Counted from the first letter of the stretch, positions 23,638 to 31,649 are shown. The stretch is 32,000 nt of DNA from Candidatus Omnitrophota bacterium (GCA_021735045.1 JAIPHU010000013.1:2109-34108); one strand, 5' to 3'. The notes: generated from the letters alone by a model not told the origin. Numbers and translations: made by a program.

Positions 23638-25632
23638 ATGGCAACAAATAAAATTAAATCACAAATTAGAGGTCTTCGTGAAAAAATCAGAGAAGCCGAT
23701 TATCATTATTACGTACAAAATGACCCTCAGATATCTGATAAAGAATATGATGACCTGCTAAAAAATTTAAAATCTCTAGAAAAAAAACACCCTCAACTAA
23801 TAACTCCTGATTCTCCCACTCAAAGAGTAAGTGGCGGGCTTCTAGAAGAATTCCCTGCAGTAAAACATAAAACAAAAATGCTTTCTTTAGATAATACCTA
23901 TTCAATTGAGGAACTGAAAGAATGGGAAAAAAAGATGAAAAGGATTTTAAAAAAAGATATAACCTTTAGCTACATCTGCGAGTTAAAAATTGATGGGATT
24001 AGTTGTTCACTTAACTACCAAAACGGCCGCTTAGCTAGGGGGTTAACTCGAGGCGATGGCCAAAAAGGCGAGGACATAACTCCCAATATAAAAACTATCC
24101 CTTCAGTTCCTTTAAAATTGCGCAAAAATCATCCTAAAAACTTAGAAGTTAGAGGTGAAGTCTATATTAGCAAAAAAGATTTTGAAAAATTAAACCAACA
24201 GCGTCTAGAAAAAAGTAAAAATCCTTTTGCTAACCCCAGAAATGCTGCCGGCGGTTCACTAAAACTTCTTAACCCGAGCCTAGTTGCTAAACGAAATCTA
24301 AAATGTTTTATTCATTCTTTTGGCTGGATAGAAGGTTATAAATTTAATTCACAACAAGAATTCTTTAAAAAAATAACCAAGTGGGGCCTAAGAACCCAAA
24401 AAGAAAATAAACTTTGCAAAAACCTAGAACAAGTTATCAACTACTGCAGAACTTTCCAGCAAAAACGGGATAGCCTCAACTATGAAGCAGACGGAGTAGT
24501 AGTCAAGGTTAATGATCTAGATTTACAAAAAAAATTAGGTTCTACTCAAAAATCACCACGCTGGGCAGTAGCTTATAAGTTTCCCGCAATAAGAAAAACT
24601 ACTAAAATAAAAAAAGTAGAGTTCGGAGTAGGCCGCACCGGAATTATTACCCCGGTTGCAATTCTACAACCCGTCCGTTGCGGAGGTGCAACTATAAAAC
24701 GAACAACCCTGCATAATTTTGATGAAGTTAAACGGCTTGGTGTAAAAATTGAAGATACAGTTTTAATTGAAAGAGCCGGTGATGTTATACCTAAAATCAT
24801 TAAAGTTATCAACTCAAAGCGTAATGGCAAAGAAAAACCAATAACTGAGCCAAAAAAATGTCCAGTTTGTGATGGAGCAGTGGAAAAAGAAGAAGTCTAT
24901 CTCTTTTGCCTTAATCCAAACTGTCCCAGCAAGCTTAAACGCTCTTTAGTTCATTTTGCCAGCCGCGGGGCAATGGATATAGAAGGAATGGGAGAAAGCC
25001 TAATTGAAGAACTGGTTAATAGAGGGCTTATTCATAATATTTCAGATATATACAAACTAACTAAAAAAGACTTACTAACTTTACCGTTATTTAAAGAGAA
25101 AAAAGCAAACAATATAATAAAATCAATTTCAAAAAGTAAAAATCAATCTTTAAGCAATCTTTTGTTTGGCTTAGGCATTCCTCATGTTGGAAAAAAAGCT
25201 GCTAATACTTTAACTGACCATTTCAAATCCCTTGATAAAATTATTCACTTAAAAGAAAAAGATTTAGAAAAAATAGATGAAATTGGGCCAGTTATGGCTA
25301 AATCAATTGTAAAGTTCTTTGCACAAAAATCTGTTAATAAAACATTAAAAGAATTTAAAAGATTAGGGCTATCACCAAAAAAAGAAGAGGGTAAAAAATC
25401 TGATCGGCTAAACAAAAAAACTTTCGTTTTTACCGGCCAACTTAACAACTTCAGCCGTAATCAAGCCCAAAAGAAGGTGGAGGAGTTAGGAGGGAGATGG
25501 TCATCATCGATAAGCAGCAAAACCGACTTTCTAGTCGCTGGCAAAGACCCTGGTTCTAAATATAGCCAGGCAAAAGAAAAAAAGGTAAAAATTCTTTCAG
25601 AAGATAATTTTCTGAAATTGGTTGGCATTTAA
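23638..25632 (+). CDS. ligA: NAD-dependent DNA ligase
   Basis: Adenylation site 'CELKIDG', plus 'GEVY', the OB-fold, a 4-Cys zinc finger (CPVC..C..PNC), HhH repeats, and a C-terminal BRCT domain ('FVFTGQL..'). Confidence 0.97.
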   Translation: MATNKIKSQIRGLREKIREADYHYYVQNDPQISDKEYDDLLKNLKSLEKKHPQLITPDSPTQRVSGGLLEEFPAVKHKTKMLSLDNTYSIEELKEWEKKMKRILKKDITFSYICELKIDGISCSLNYQNGRLARGLTRGDGQKGEDITPNIKTIPSVPLKLRKNHPKNLEVRGEVYISKKDFEKLNQQRLEKSKNPFANPRNAAGGSLKLLNPSLVAKRNLKCFIHSFGWIEGYKFNSQQEFFKKITKWGLRTQKENKLCKNLEQVINYCRTFQQKRDSLNYEADGVVVKVNDLDLQKKLGSTQKSPRWAVAYKFPAIRKTTKIKKVEFGVGRTGIITPVAILQPVRCGGATIKRTTLHNFDEVKRLGVKIEDTVLIERAGDVIPKIIKVINSKRNGKEKPITEPKKCPVCDGAVEKEEVYLFCLNPNCPSKLKRSLVHFASRGAMDIEGMGESLIEELVNRGLIHNISDIYKLTKKDLLTLPLFKEKKANNIIKSISKSKNQSLSNLLFGLGIPHVGKKAANTLTDHFKSLDKIIHLKEKDLEKIDEIGPVMAKSIVKFFAQKSVNKTLKEFKRLGLSPKKEEGKKSDRLNKKTFVFTGQLNNFSRNQAQKKVEELGGRWSSSISSKTDFLVAGKDPGSKYSQAKEKKVKILSEDNFLKLVGI

Positions 25633-25633
25633 T

Positions 25634-25678
25634 GTAGGGGCACATTGCAATGTGCCCCTACATGCAATGTGATGTGCC
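25634..25678. repeat. 28-nt palindrome, copy 3, plus partial right-arm duplicate; possible ligA transcript-end hairpin
   Basis: GTAGGGGCACATTGCAATGTGCCCCTAC (25634-25661) is a perfect palindrome starting 2 nt after the ligA stop. TGCAATGTG (25646-25654) is repeated at 25663-25671, and ATGTGCC (25650-25656) at 25672-25678. Confidence 0.9.
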
Positions 25679-25715
25679 TCTTGATTTTTTAACAATATCA
25701 TCTATAATAATTGAA

Positions 25716-26255
25716 ATGTCGCCTAAACAGTTACATCTCTTTGGAACCAAAATAGACAAAGGAAAGAAACTCCAAAGAGAAGGAATAGTTGTGCCCATTG
25801 ATACAACTATTTTGCTTGTAGTTGTAATTATCCTTTTATTTATCATTGCTTTCTCCTGGGGAGTCGAAAGAGGAAGAAGGTTAACATTAAAAGATTTGTC
25901 AATAGAAGCTAACTCTGAGGAAAAAAATATTGTAGCCAAAAACGAACTCGATCACGAAACAATTAAAGAAGTAAAAGAAAAAGAAGCCGAAAAAATAGAA
26001 GAAACAAAAGAAGAAAATAAAATAGTTGAAGCCAAAAATCCTTTATACAGAATACAAGTAGCCTCTTTTCGAAAACTTAGTAGCGCCAACCAAGAGGCTG
26101 AAAAATTGAGAAAAAAAGGTTATCCTGTAAAAATTAAAGAAAAAGGAAAATATTCAGTGGTTTATGCGGGAAAATTTGAAAACAAAAAGGAAGCTAAAGA
26201 AGATTTGAAAAAACTAAAAAAAATCTATAAGGATTGTATATTAAGGAGGTTATAA
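25716..26255 (+). CDS. SPOR-domain membrane protein
   Basis: TM segment 'ILLVVVIILLFIIAF', an E/K-rich linker, and a C-terminal SPOR-like 'YRIQVASFRKLSSANQEAEKLRKKGYPVKI..YSVVYAGKFENKKEA'. I moved the start to ATG 25716 because the track's first 22 codons are read out of the palindrome. Confidence 0.7.
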   Translation: MSPKQLHLFGTKIDKGKKLQREGIVVPIDTTILLVVVIILLFIIAFSWGVERGRRLTLKDLSIEANSEEKNIVAKNELDHETIKEVKEKEAEKIEETKEENKIVEAKNPLYRIQVASFRKLSSANQEAEKLRKKGYPVKIKEKGKYSVVYAGKFENKKEAKEDLKKLKKIYKDCILRRL

Positions 26256-26527
26256 TGGGACTGCATCCATCACTAAAAAGAGGCCAAAAACTTGGCGGAG
26301 AACGCTCAGTGTTAAAACGTTCAGAAAGAATCAAACGCCTTATCGAAGAAGATAAATGGGAAGAAGGCGATTCTGTTTTAGGTCTGCCTAAGGTAAAAGT
26401 AGTCAAGATGAAGGCGATGAAGAAGGAAAAACCTAAAGAAAAAGAAGAAGACCAAGAAACTGCTGAAACTTCAGAAAAAACAGAAGGCCAACCGAAAGAA
26501 GCGGAAAAGAAAAAGCCTGAAAAATAA
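26255..26527 (+). CDS. 'small basic protein' family member with K/E-rich tail
   Basis: AAGGAGG (26243-26249) lies 5 nt before ATG 26255, which overlaps the previous stop (TAATG). 'SLKRGQKLGGERSVLKRSERIKRLIEEDKWEEGDSVLGLPKVKV' matches my memory of the small basic protein family. Confidence 0.55.
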   Translation: MGLHPSLKRGQKLGGERSVLKRSERIKRLIEEDKWEEGDSVLGLPKVKVVKMKAMKKEKPKEKEEDQETAETSEKTEGQPKEAEKKKPEK

Positions 26528-26529
26528 CA

Positions 26530-27249
26530 ATGGATTTTATAAAAATATCCTTATTGTTTATTTTTATAACTACCGGTTTAGTGTTAACTAATCCCGCTTT
26601 TCCAAAAAATTATAAAGCCAAAAAAGAAAAAGTTAATATCCGTATCGACTCAACAACTTCATCTAAATCAATTGGAAATTTAAACAGCCAAGAAATAGTT
26701 GAAGTAGTTCAAGAAAAATATAATTGGTACAAAATAAAACTTCCTTCTAGACTAAATTGCTGGGTCTGGTCTGATCTAGTAAAAAAAATTAACAAAGATA
26801 AAGGCATAGCAGAAGGAACCAATATAAATATTCGCAGCAAGCCTTCTCTTGATGGAGCAATCATTGGATCATTGGATAAAAATAATGAAGTTATAATTAG
26901 AAATGAGAACAAGGATTGGCTGCAAATAAATTGCCATCCTTATGCCTGTGGCTGGGTCCACAGTAAACTGCTAGAAAAAGTTACCCCAAAAGAGGAAAAA
27001 ATTAATCCTTATAAAAAGATTACAAAACTTTCTAAAAAAGGCAAAAACAACCCCGAATTAATTTCTCACTTCTTTGCCCAAGCAAAATCAGATTCTTTCA
27101 AAAATTCGGCCCTTTATCTTGATGTATTACAAAATATTATCTTAGAATATTCTCCTAAACTACCTTTTTATTACTTAGCTAAAAAAAATAAACTTTCTGA
27201 TGATATAATACAAAAAGCTTATACTTTTTTAAAAAATTCATACAAATAA
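26530..27249 (+). CDS. exported protein with two bacterial SH3-like domains
   Basis: Signal/anchor 'ISLLFIFITTGLVLT'. Two units of 'VNIRxxxxxxSxxIGxLxxxxxVxxxxxxxxWxxI' (residues about 35-70 and 98-135). Confidence 0.6.
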   Translation: MDFIKISLLFIFITTGLVLTNPAFPKNYKAKKEKVNIRIDSTTSSKSIGNLNSQEIVEVVQEKYNWYKIKLPSRLNCWVWSDLVKKINKDKGIAEGTNINIRSKPSLDGAIIGSLDKNNEVIIRNENKDWLQINCHPYACGWVHSKLLEKVTPKEEKINPYKKITKLSKKGKNNPELISHFFAQAKSDSFKNSALYLDVLQNIILEYSPKLPFYYLAKKNKLSDDIIQKAYTFLKNSYK

Positions 27250-27260
27250 GATAAAAACAA

Positions 27261-27875
27261 ATGGAACTTATTTTTTCTATTTTACGTATTGCAATTCTTG
27301 TTTTTTCGTTATGCTTTCATGAATATTGTCACGGCTGGGCTGCATCTAAACTAGGAGACCCTACACCAAAAGAATCGGGACGATTAACCTTAAACCCTTT
27401 AGCACACATTGATCTATTTGGAACAATAATTTTACCTATTTTATTAGCAATGACGGCTGGATTTCCTATCGGTTATGCTAAACCGGTACCGATAAATCCT
27501 AATCATTTTAAAAATCCAAAAAAAGACATCAAATGGATAGGCTTATCTGGGCCAATGGCCAATATGTTATTATTACTCGTTTTCATTATCCTTATAAAGA
27601 TAAACTTTCCTTTTAAGCCTTTTCTTATATATGGATTAATCATAAACCTAATATTTGCAACAATAAATCTTATTCCTATCCCACCTTTAGATGGGTCGCG
27701 AGTTGTTGCTTCTTTTTTACCTTACAAATTATCACGCTCATATCTTAAAATAGAGCCTTACGGAATTATTCTAGTTATTATTTTAATAATTATCTCATTC
27801 AAAACTGGTATATTTAGAAAATTTATTTTAATTTCAATGAAAGCCATTTTTAATTTATCTAATATAAATATTTGA
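27261..27875 (+). CDS. site-2 protease family (M50) membrane metalloprotease
   Basis: HExxH motif 'HEYCHGWAA', a polytopic membrane profile, and 'NLIPIPPLDGS'. Confidence 0.75.
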   Translation: MELIFSILRIAILVFSLCFHEYCHGWAASKLGDPTPKESGRLTLNPLAHIDLFGTIILPILLAMTAGFPIGYAKPVPINPNHFKNPKKDIKWIGLSGPMANMLLLLVFIILIKINFPFKPFLIYGLIINLIFATINLIPIPPLDGSRVVASFLPYKLSRSYLKIEPYGIILVIILIIISFKTGIFRKFILISMKAIFNLSNINI

Positions 27876-27877
27876 TT

Positions 27878-28957
27878 ATGAAAAAAATAAATTTAAAACT
27901 CAAAAACAATCCCTACCCAATAATTATAGAATCTAACCTAAAAGATAATTTATTAACGCATATAAAAAAAGCTAAATTAGGAAATCTGGGTTTTGTGATC
28001 ACTTCCCCTAAAGTTTATCAATTTTATCAAAAAACAATTAAGAAAAATTTTCCCAGCAAAAACTTTAAAATAATTATTACTGCCGATGGAGAAAAAGCTA
28101 AATCAAAATCTTGGCTGTTTAAAATAATTAAAACAATTCTTAAATTCGACAAAACAAACAAAAAACCGTTTATAGTTTGCTTGGGTGGCGGGACAATCGG
28201 AGACCTCGGCGGTTTTATAGCTTCGATATATAAAAGAGGCATTCCTTATGTACAAATTCCTACCACCCTAATCGGCCAAATTGATTCTAGCATCGGCGGT
28301 AAAACTGCAATCGACCTGCCGGAAGCAAAAAATATAGTCGGTTCCTTTTATCAGCCAAAAGTTGTGTTGATTGATCCTAACTTTTTAAAAACCTTAACAA
28401 AAAAAGATTTTAAAGAAGGGTTAGCAGAAGCAATAAAATATGGCTTAATCAAAGACCAGGACTTATTTTATCTTATAAAAAATAACACCAAAAAGATAAT
28501 GGCCCTAGATCCAGCATTGATTAATAAAATAATATATAAGTCAGCTAAAATAAAAGCAAAAATTGTCGAAGAAGACGAAAAAGAAAAAAAAGGAATTCGT
28601 ACCATCTTAAATTTTGGCCACACCTTTGCCCATGGCCTAGAGGCAGCTTCTCGATATAAAAAGATATCACACGGAAGAGCAGTCGCAATCGGCATGCTTT
28701 ATGCCGCATACCTTTCAAAACAACTAGGTAAATGTTCAGAAAAAGAAATAGAGGAGATTAAAACCATATTAGAACTATACAATCTTCCCACCAAAATTCA
28801 ATTTGGCCCCAAAGAGGTTTTAAGATCTATTAGTTACGATAAAAAATTTACTGCTGGTAAAATCCGAATGGTCTTAATCCGAAAAATAGCCAAAGTAGAA
28901 GTTTCTGACAAGGTAACAGTTCAAAACCTAAAGAAAAGCTTTAAAAAAATTAAGTAG
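27878..28957 (+). CDS. aroB: 3-dehydroquinate synthase
   Basis: Motifs 'GGGTIGDLGGFIA', 'QIPTTLIGQIDSSIGGKTAID', 'NFGHTFAHGLE', 'HGRAVAIGM'. I prefer ATG 27878 over the track's TTG at 27872. Confidence 0.9.
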   Translation: MKKINLKLKNNPYPIIIESNLKDNLLTHIKKAKLGNLGFVITSPKVYQFYQKTIKKNFPSKNFKIIITADGEKAKSKSWLFKIIKTILKFDKTNKKPFIVCLGGGTIGDLGGFIASIYKRGIPYVQIPTTLIGQIDSSIGGKTAIDLPEAKNIVGSFYQPKVVLIDPNFLKTLTKKDFKEGLAEAIKYGLIKDQDLFYLIKNNTKKIMALDPALINKIIYKSAKIKAKIVEEDEKEKKGIRTILNFGHTFAHGLEAASRYKKISHGRAVAIGMLYAAYLSKQLGKCSEKEIEEIKTILELYNLPTKIQFGPKEVLRSISYDKKFTAGKIRMVLIRKIAKVEVSDKVTVQNLKKSFKKIK

Positions 28958-28961
28958 TTTA

Positions 28962-28990
28962 TTGACTTACCCGTATAAATGTGTTATATT
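28962..28990 (+). promoter_or_regulatory. sigma70-like promoter candidate upstream of the first PilZ gene
   Basis: TTGACT (28962-28967), 17-nt spacer, TATATT (28985-28990), followed by GGAGGAG (28999-29005) and ATG 29009. Confidence 0.4.
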
Positions 28991-29008
28991 TTATAATTGG
29001 AGGAGAAG

Positions 29009-29341
29009 ATGGTAGACGAGCGACGTAAATACCCTAGATTTGGTGTATCATTTCCTGTTGAATGTACTACTTTACCTTCAAGAAAATATTTTTACACTGT
29101 AACAAAAGATTTAAGTTTAGGAGGAGCAAAAATAGTTTCAAATAACTTTTTACCAAAAAAAGAATCTTTTAAAGTTAATGTAAACCTAATAGATAAAGTA
29201 ATTGATTTAGAAGCCAAAGTAGCTTGGTGTAAAGAAGAAAGAAGACAACAAAGATATTCAGCAGGACTAACATTTCAAAATCTAAATCAGGAAAACAAAA
29301 AAGAACTTTCTCACTTTATCCAAAGCATATATAACGCCTAG
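29009..29341 (+). CDS. single-domain PilZ protein (c-di-GMP receptor type)
   Basis: 'RRKYPR' (RxxxR) and 'DLSLGG' (DxSxxG). I prefer ATG 29009 over the track's TTG at 28997. Confidence 0.8.
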   Translation: MVDERRKYPRFGVSFPVECTTLPSRKYFYTVTKDLSLGGAKIVSNNFLPKKESFKVNVNLIDKVIDLEAKVAWCKEERRQQRYSAGLTFQNLNQENKKELSHFIQSIYNA

Positions 29342-29371
29342 AAACATCTCCAAATAAAAAAAAAGGAAAAT

Positions 29372-29551
29372 ATGAGCAAAAGAGCTGAAGCAAAAAGAAA
29401 AAATTGTCTTAACTGCAATAAGTCATTACGCCGAGTTGACTGGTACTACAGAAACAACGGTTATTTTTGCAATAAATCTTGTTTCAATGCTTTTCAAAAA
29501 AAGAAACAAGCTGAACAAGAGTCTAATAAAGAAAAGGCAAAAAAAGCTTAA
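29372..29551 (+). CDS. 59-aa basic zinc-ribbon protein (CxxC..17..CxxxC, FCS/TRASH-like); not in the supplied ORF track
   Basis: Hand translation gives MSKRAEAKRKNCLNCNKSLRRVDWYYRNNGYFCNKSCFNAFQKKKQAEQESNKEKAKKA*. AAGGA lies 5 nt upstream of the ATG. It fills the gap between two + strand genes. Confidence 0.55.
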   Translation: MSKRAEAKRKNCLNCNKSLRRVDWYYRNNGYFCNKSCFNAFQKKKQAEQESNKEKAKKA

Positions 29552-29565
29552 AGGCAATAAAAATA

Positions 29566-29940
29566 ATGAAAGAACGGCGTAGATATCCCCGTTTAGAAAA
29601 AAGCCTCCCAATCAAGCTTAAACAAACCCCTGATAAGGATTTTGATATATCAACTGAAACCACCAATATCAGTGCAAGCGGTGCCTATTGCGCAGTTACA
29701 AAATCAATTAAACCAATGACTAAGCTAAAGCTAGTCATTCTTATCCCAATACATAAAGCAAAAACAAAAAAAGTAAGAAAGATTGACTGCCAGGGAGTTG
29801 TAGTCAGAAAAGAAAAAAATGAAAATAATAAAAAATTTCCTTATCGAATTGGTATCTTTTTTAACGAAATTGATAACCAAGACAGAAAATTCTTGCGCTC
29901 CTATATAAACTCATTTTTTCAAAAAAGCCAAACCAATTAA
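29566..29940 (+). CDS. single-domain PilZ protein (c-di-GMP receptor type)
   Basis: 'RRRYPR' (RxxxR) and 'NISASG' (NxSxxG). Confidence 0.8.
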   Translation: MKERRRYPRLEKSLPIKLKQTPDKDFDISTETTNISASGAYCAVTKSIKPMTKLKLVILIPIHKAKTKKVRKIDCQGVVVRKEKNENNKKFPYRIGIFFNEIDNQDRKFLRSYINSFFQKSQTN

Positions 29941-29985
29941 CTGGCTACACCTGCCATCAGAATCAAATGAAAATCAAAAAAGCCT

Positions 29986-30516
29986 ATGCTTAAATTAAAC
30001 TTTCCAAAACCGGTCAAGTTTGTCTCTGCCTTTATCTATAGTAACGAAACCACTTACAATAAAGTTAAAAAAAGATTTACTAAAAAATTTGGAAAAATTG
30101 ATTATGAATCTGATAAGCTTAATTTTGATTCTACAAACTATTACCGACCTGAAATGGGTAAACCATTATTTAGAAAATTTATTTCTTTTCAAAAGCTAAA
30201 GGATCCGGCTCAATTTATTAAAATTAAGTTATTTTGTGTAAAATTAGAGGAAAAATTTGCCCAAAATAATAAACGCACTATTAATATTGATCCGGGCTAT
30301 ATCCACCAAGCAAAATTAATCCTAACCACAACCAAAGACTTTGCCCACAGAATCTATTTGGGAAAAGGAGTTTATGCGGAAGTCACTCTTTTTTATAAAG
30401 ATGGTCATTTTCAGCATTTACCAACAACTTTTCCTGATTACAGAACCGATACTTATAAAAATATCTTTAAAAAAATAAGAGATATTTATATCGAACAAAA
30501 TAACAACGAATTATAA
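29986..30516 (+). CDS. DUF4416-like protein
   Basis: 'INIDPGYI..AKLILTTTKDFAHRIYLGKGVYAEVTLFY' and 'FPDYR' match my recollection of the DUF4416 family. Not verified. Confidence 0.5.
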   Translation: MLKLNFPKPVKFVSAFIYSNETTYNKVKKRFTKKFGKIDYESDKLNFDSTNYYRPEMGKPLFRKFISFQKLKDPAQFIKIKLFCVKLEEKFAQNNKRTINIDPGYIHQAKLILTTTKDFAHRIYLGKGVYAEVTLFYKDGHFQHLPTTFPDYRTDTYKNIFKKIRDIYIEQNNNEL

Positions 30517-30557
30517 TCTATTTTGAACACTCAAATAATCTACAAGTTTGGAGAATT

Positions 30558-30615
30558 CTGGAGAGGTCTAACCTCTCCAGATATAAAGAAGCGCCTGTCT
30601 GCTTACCGGCAGACA
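30558..30615. repeat. two short perfect hairpins
   Basis: CTGGAGAGGT-cta-ACCTCTCCAG (30558-30580, 10-bp stem) and TGTCTGC-ttaccg-GCAGACA (30596-30615, 7-bp stem). Confidence 0.7.
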
Positions 30616-30628
30616 ATCTTTCTATGGT

Positions 30629-30698
30629 GTCATCCTGAGCCCAAAGGGCGAAGGATCTCATTTATCATAGAGATTCTTCGGCTTCGCCTCAGAATGAC
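30629..30698. repeat. 70-nt imperfect palindrome of the 'GTCATyCTGAG..CGAAGrATCTC' type
   Basis: Left arm is GTCATCCTGAGCCCAAAGGGCGAAGGATCTC (30629-30659). Right arm is GAGATTCTTCGGCTTCGCCTCAGAATGAC (30670-30698). Outer and inner blocks of about 11 bp pair, and each arm has its own mini-hairpin (GCCCaaaGGGC, GGCttcGCC). Confidence 0.8.
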
Positions 30699-30710
30699 AT
30701 TAAAATTGCT

Positions 30711-31649
30711 ATGAACCCAAAAACCAAAATAAAAGTTATTGATAAAATTTACCCCGAGCTTTTAAGAAAACTAGAAAGCTGCACGCTTTGTCCCCGAAAC
30801 TGCCATGTTAATCGTCTAAAGGACGAAAAAGGTTATTGTGGCCAAAATAAGAATCTAAAAATCTACAGCTCATTTCTTCACTTTGGTGAAGAACCACCAA
30901 TTTCAGGAAAAGGAGGCAGTGGCACAATATTTTTCTCTGGATGTAGCCTAAGATGTATATATTGCCAAAACTATAAATTCTCCCAATTAGACAATGGCAA
31001 AATAATGGAGGAGAAAGAACTTGCAAAAGTTATGCTTGATCTAGAGAAGAAAGGAGCCCAAAACATAAATTTGGTAACTCCGACTCATTTCTTACCTCAA
31101 ATATTAAAGGCTCTAAAAATAGCTTTTCAGGGCGGACTAAACCTGCCGATTGTTTACAATAGCTCAGGATATGAAAAAAAAGGTATAGTTAAAGTTATCG
31201 AACCAATCGTCGACTGTTGGCTCCTAGATTTTAAATATATTAATCCAAAAACTGGCCTAAATTACTCCAATTCGCCTAAATATCCGAATATTGCTAAAGA
31301 GGTAGTCTTATACCTCTATAAACAAAGAAACGGCCCAAATAAGCTAAATAGAGGCCAAATAACCCCCATAATTATTCGTCATTTAGTCCTTCCTAACCAC
31401 ATTGAAGAATCAAAACAGTTAATTCTATGGCTTAACGAAAATACTCCTAATATACCGATAAGCATTATGTCTCAATACCAGCCATACTATAATGCAAAAA
31501 ACTTTTCTAAAATTAATCGTTCCTTATCCTGGGAAGAATACAATCAAATCAAAAAAATAACAGAAGATCTAGAACCAGATGGCTGGTTCCAAGAGTTTAG
31601 ACCTCAAGAAAATCTAGCCGGAATTTACCTAAAAGAAAATGATAGATAA
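30711..31649 (+). CDS. radical SAM protein, PflX-like (pyruvate formate-lyase activase homolog family)
   Basis: N-terminal 'CTLCPRNCHVNR...GYCG', 'HFGEEPPISGKGGSGTIFFSGCSLRCIYCQNY' (CxxxCxxC). Size and layout match the COG1313-type proteins I remember. Confidence 0.75.
   Translation: MNPKTKIKVIDKIYPELLRKLESCTLCPRNCHVNRLKDEKGYCGQNKNLKIYSSFLHFGEEPPISGKGGSGTIFFSGCSLRCIYCQNYKFSQLDNGKIMEEKELAKVMLDLEKKGAQNINLVTPTHFLPQILKALKIAFQGGLNLPIVYNSSGYEKKGIVKVIEPIVDCWLLDFKYINPKTGLNYSNSPKYPNIAKEVVLYLYKQRNGPNKLNRGQITPIIIRHLVLPNHIEESKQLILWLNENTPNIPISIMSQYQPYYNAKNFSKINRSLSWEEYNQIKKITEDLEPDGWFQEFRPQENLAGIYLKENDR

Noticed and set aside
25650-25715. N-terminal 22 codons of track ORF 25650..26255 (MCPYMQCDVPLDFLTISSIIIE)
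   Set aside because: These codons are translated from the ligA-proximal palindrome and its duplicated arm. The SPOR protein more plausibly starts at ATG 25716.
29426-29611. 61-aa minus-strand ORF
   Set aside because: It is a low-complexity hydrophobic peptide, antisense to a better + strand zinc-ribbon ORF and overlapping the next PilZ gene start.
30523-30714. 63-aa + strand ORF starting with TTG
   Set aside because: It is entirely composed of three hairpin/palindrome elements. The peptide is of the kind typically produced by translating this palindrome class, and there is no SD.
7060-31026. Remaining minus-strand ORFs in the track (7060, 7830, 14346, 15272, 18398, 18767, 19287, 19951, 20663, 23396, 23687, 24573, 25245, 25658, 26194, 26709, 28027, 28468, 30808)
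   Set aside because: Each lies fully antisense to a + strand gene with strong family motifs. They are 61-105 aa long and low-complexity, as expected from antisense reading of Lys/Glu-rich AT-rich genes.
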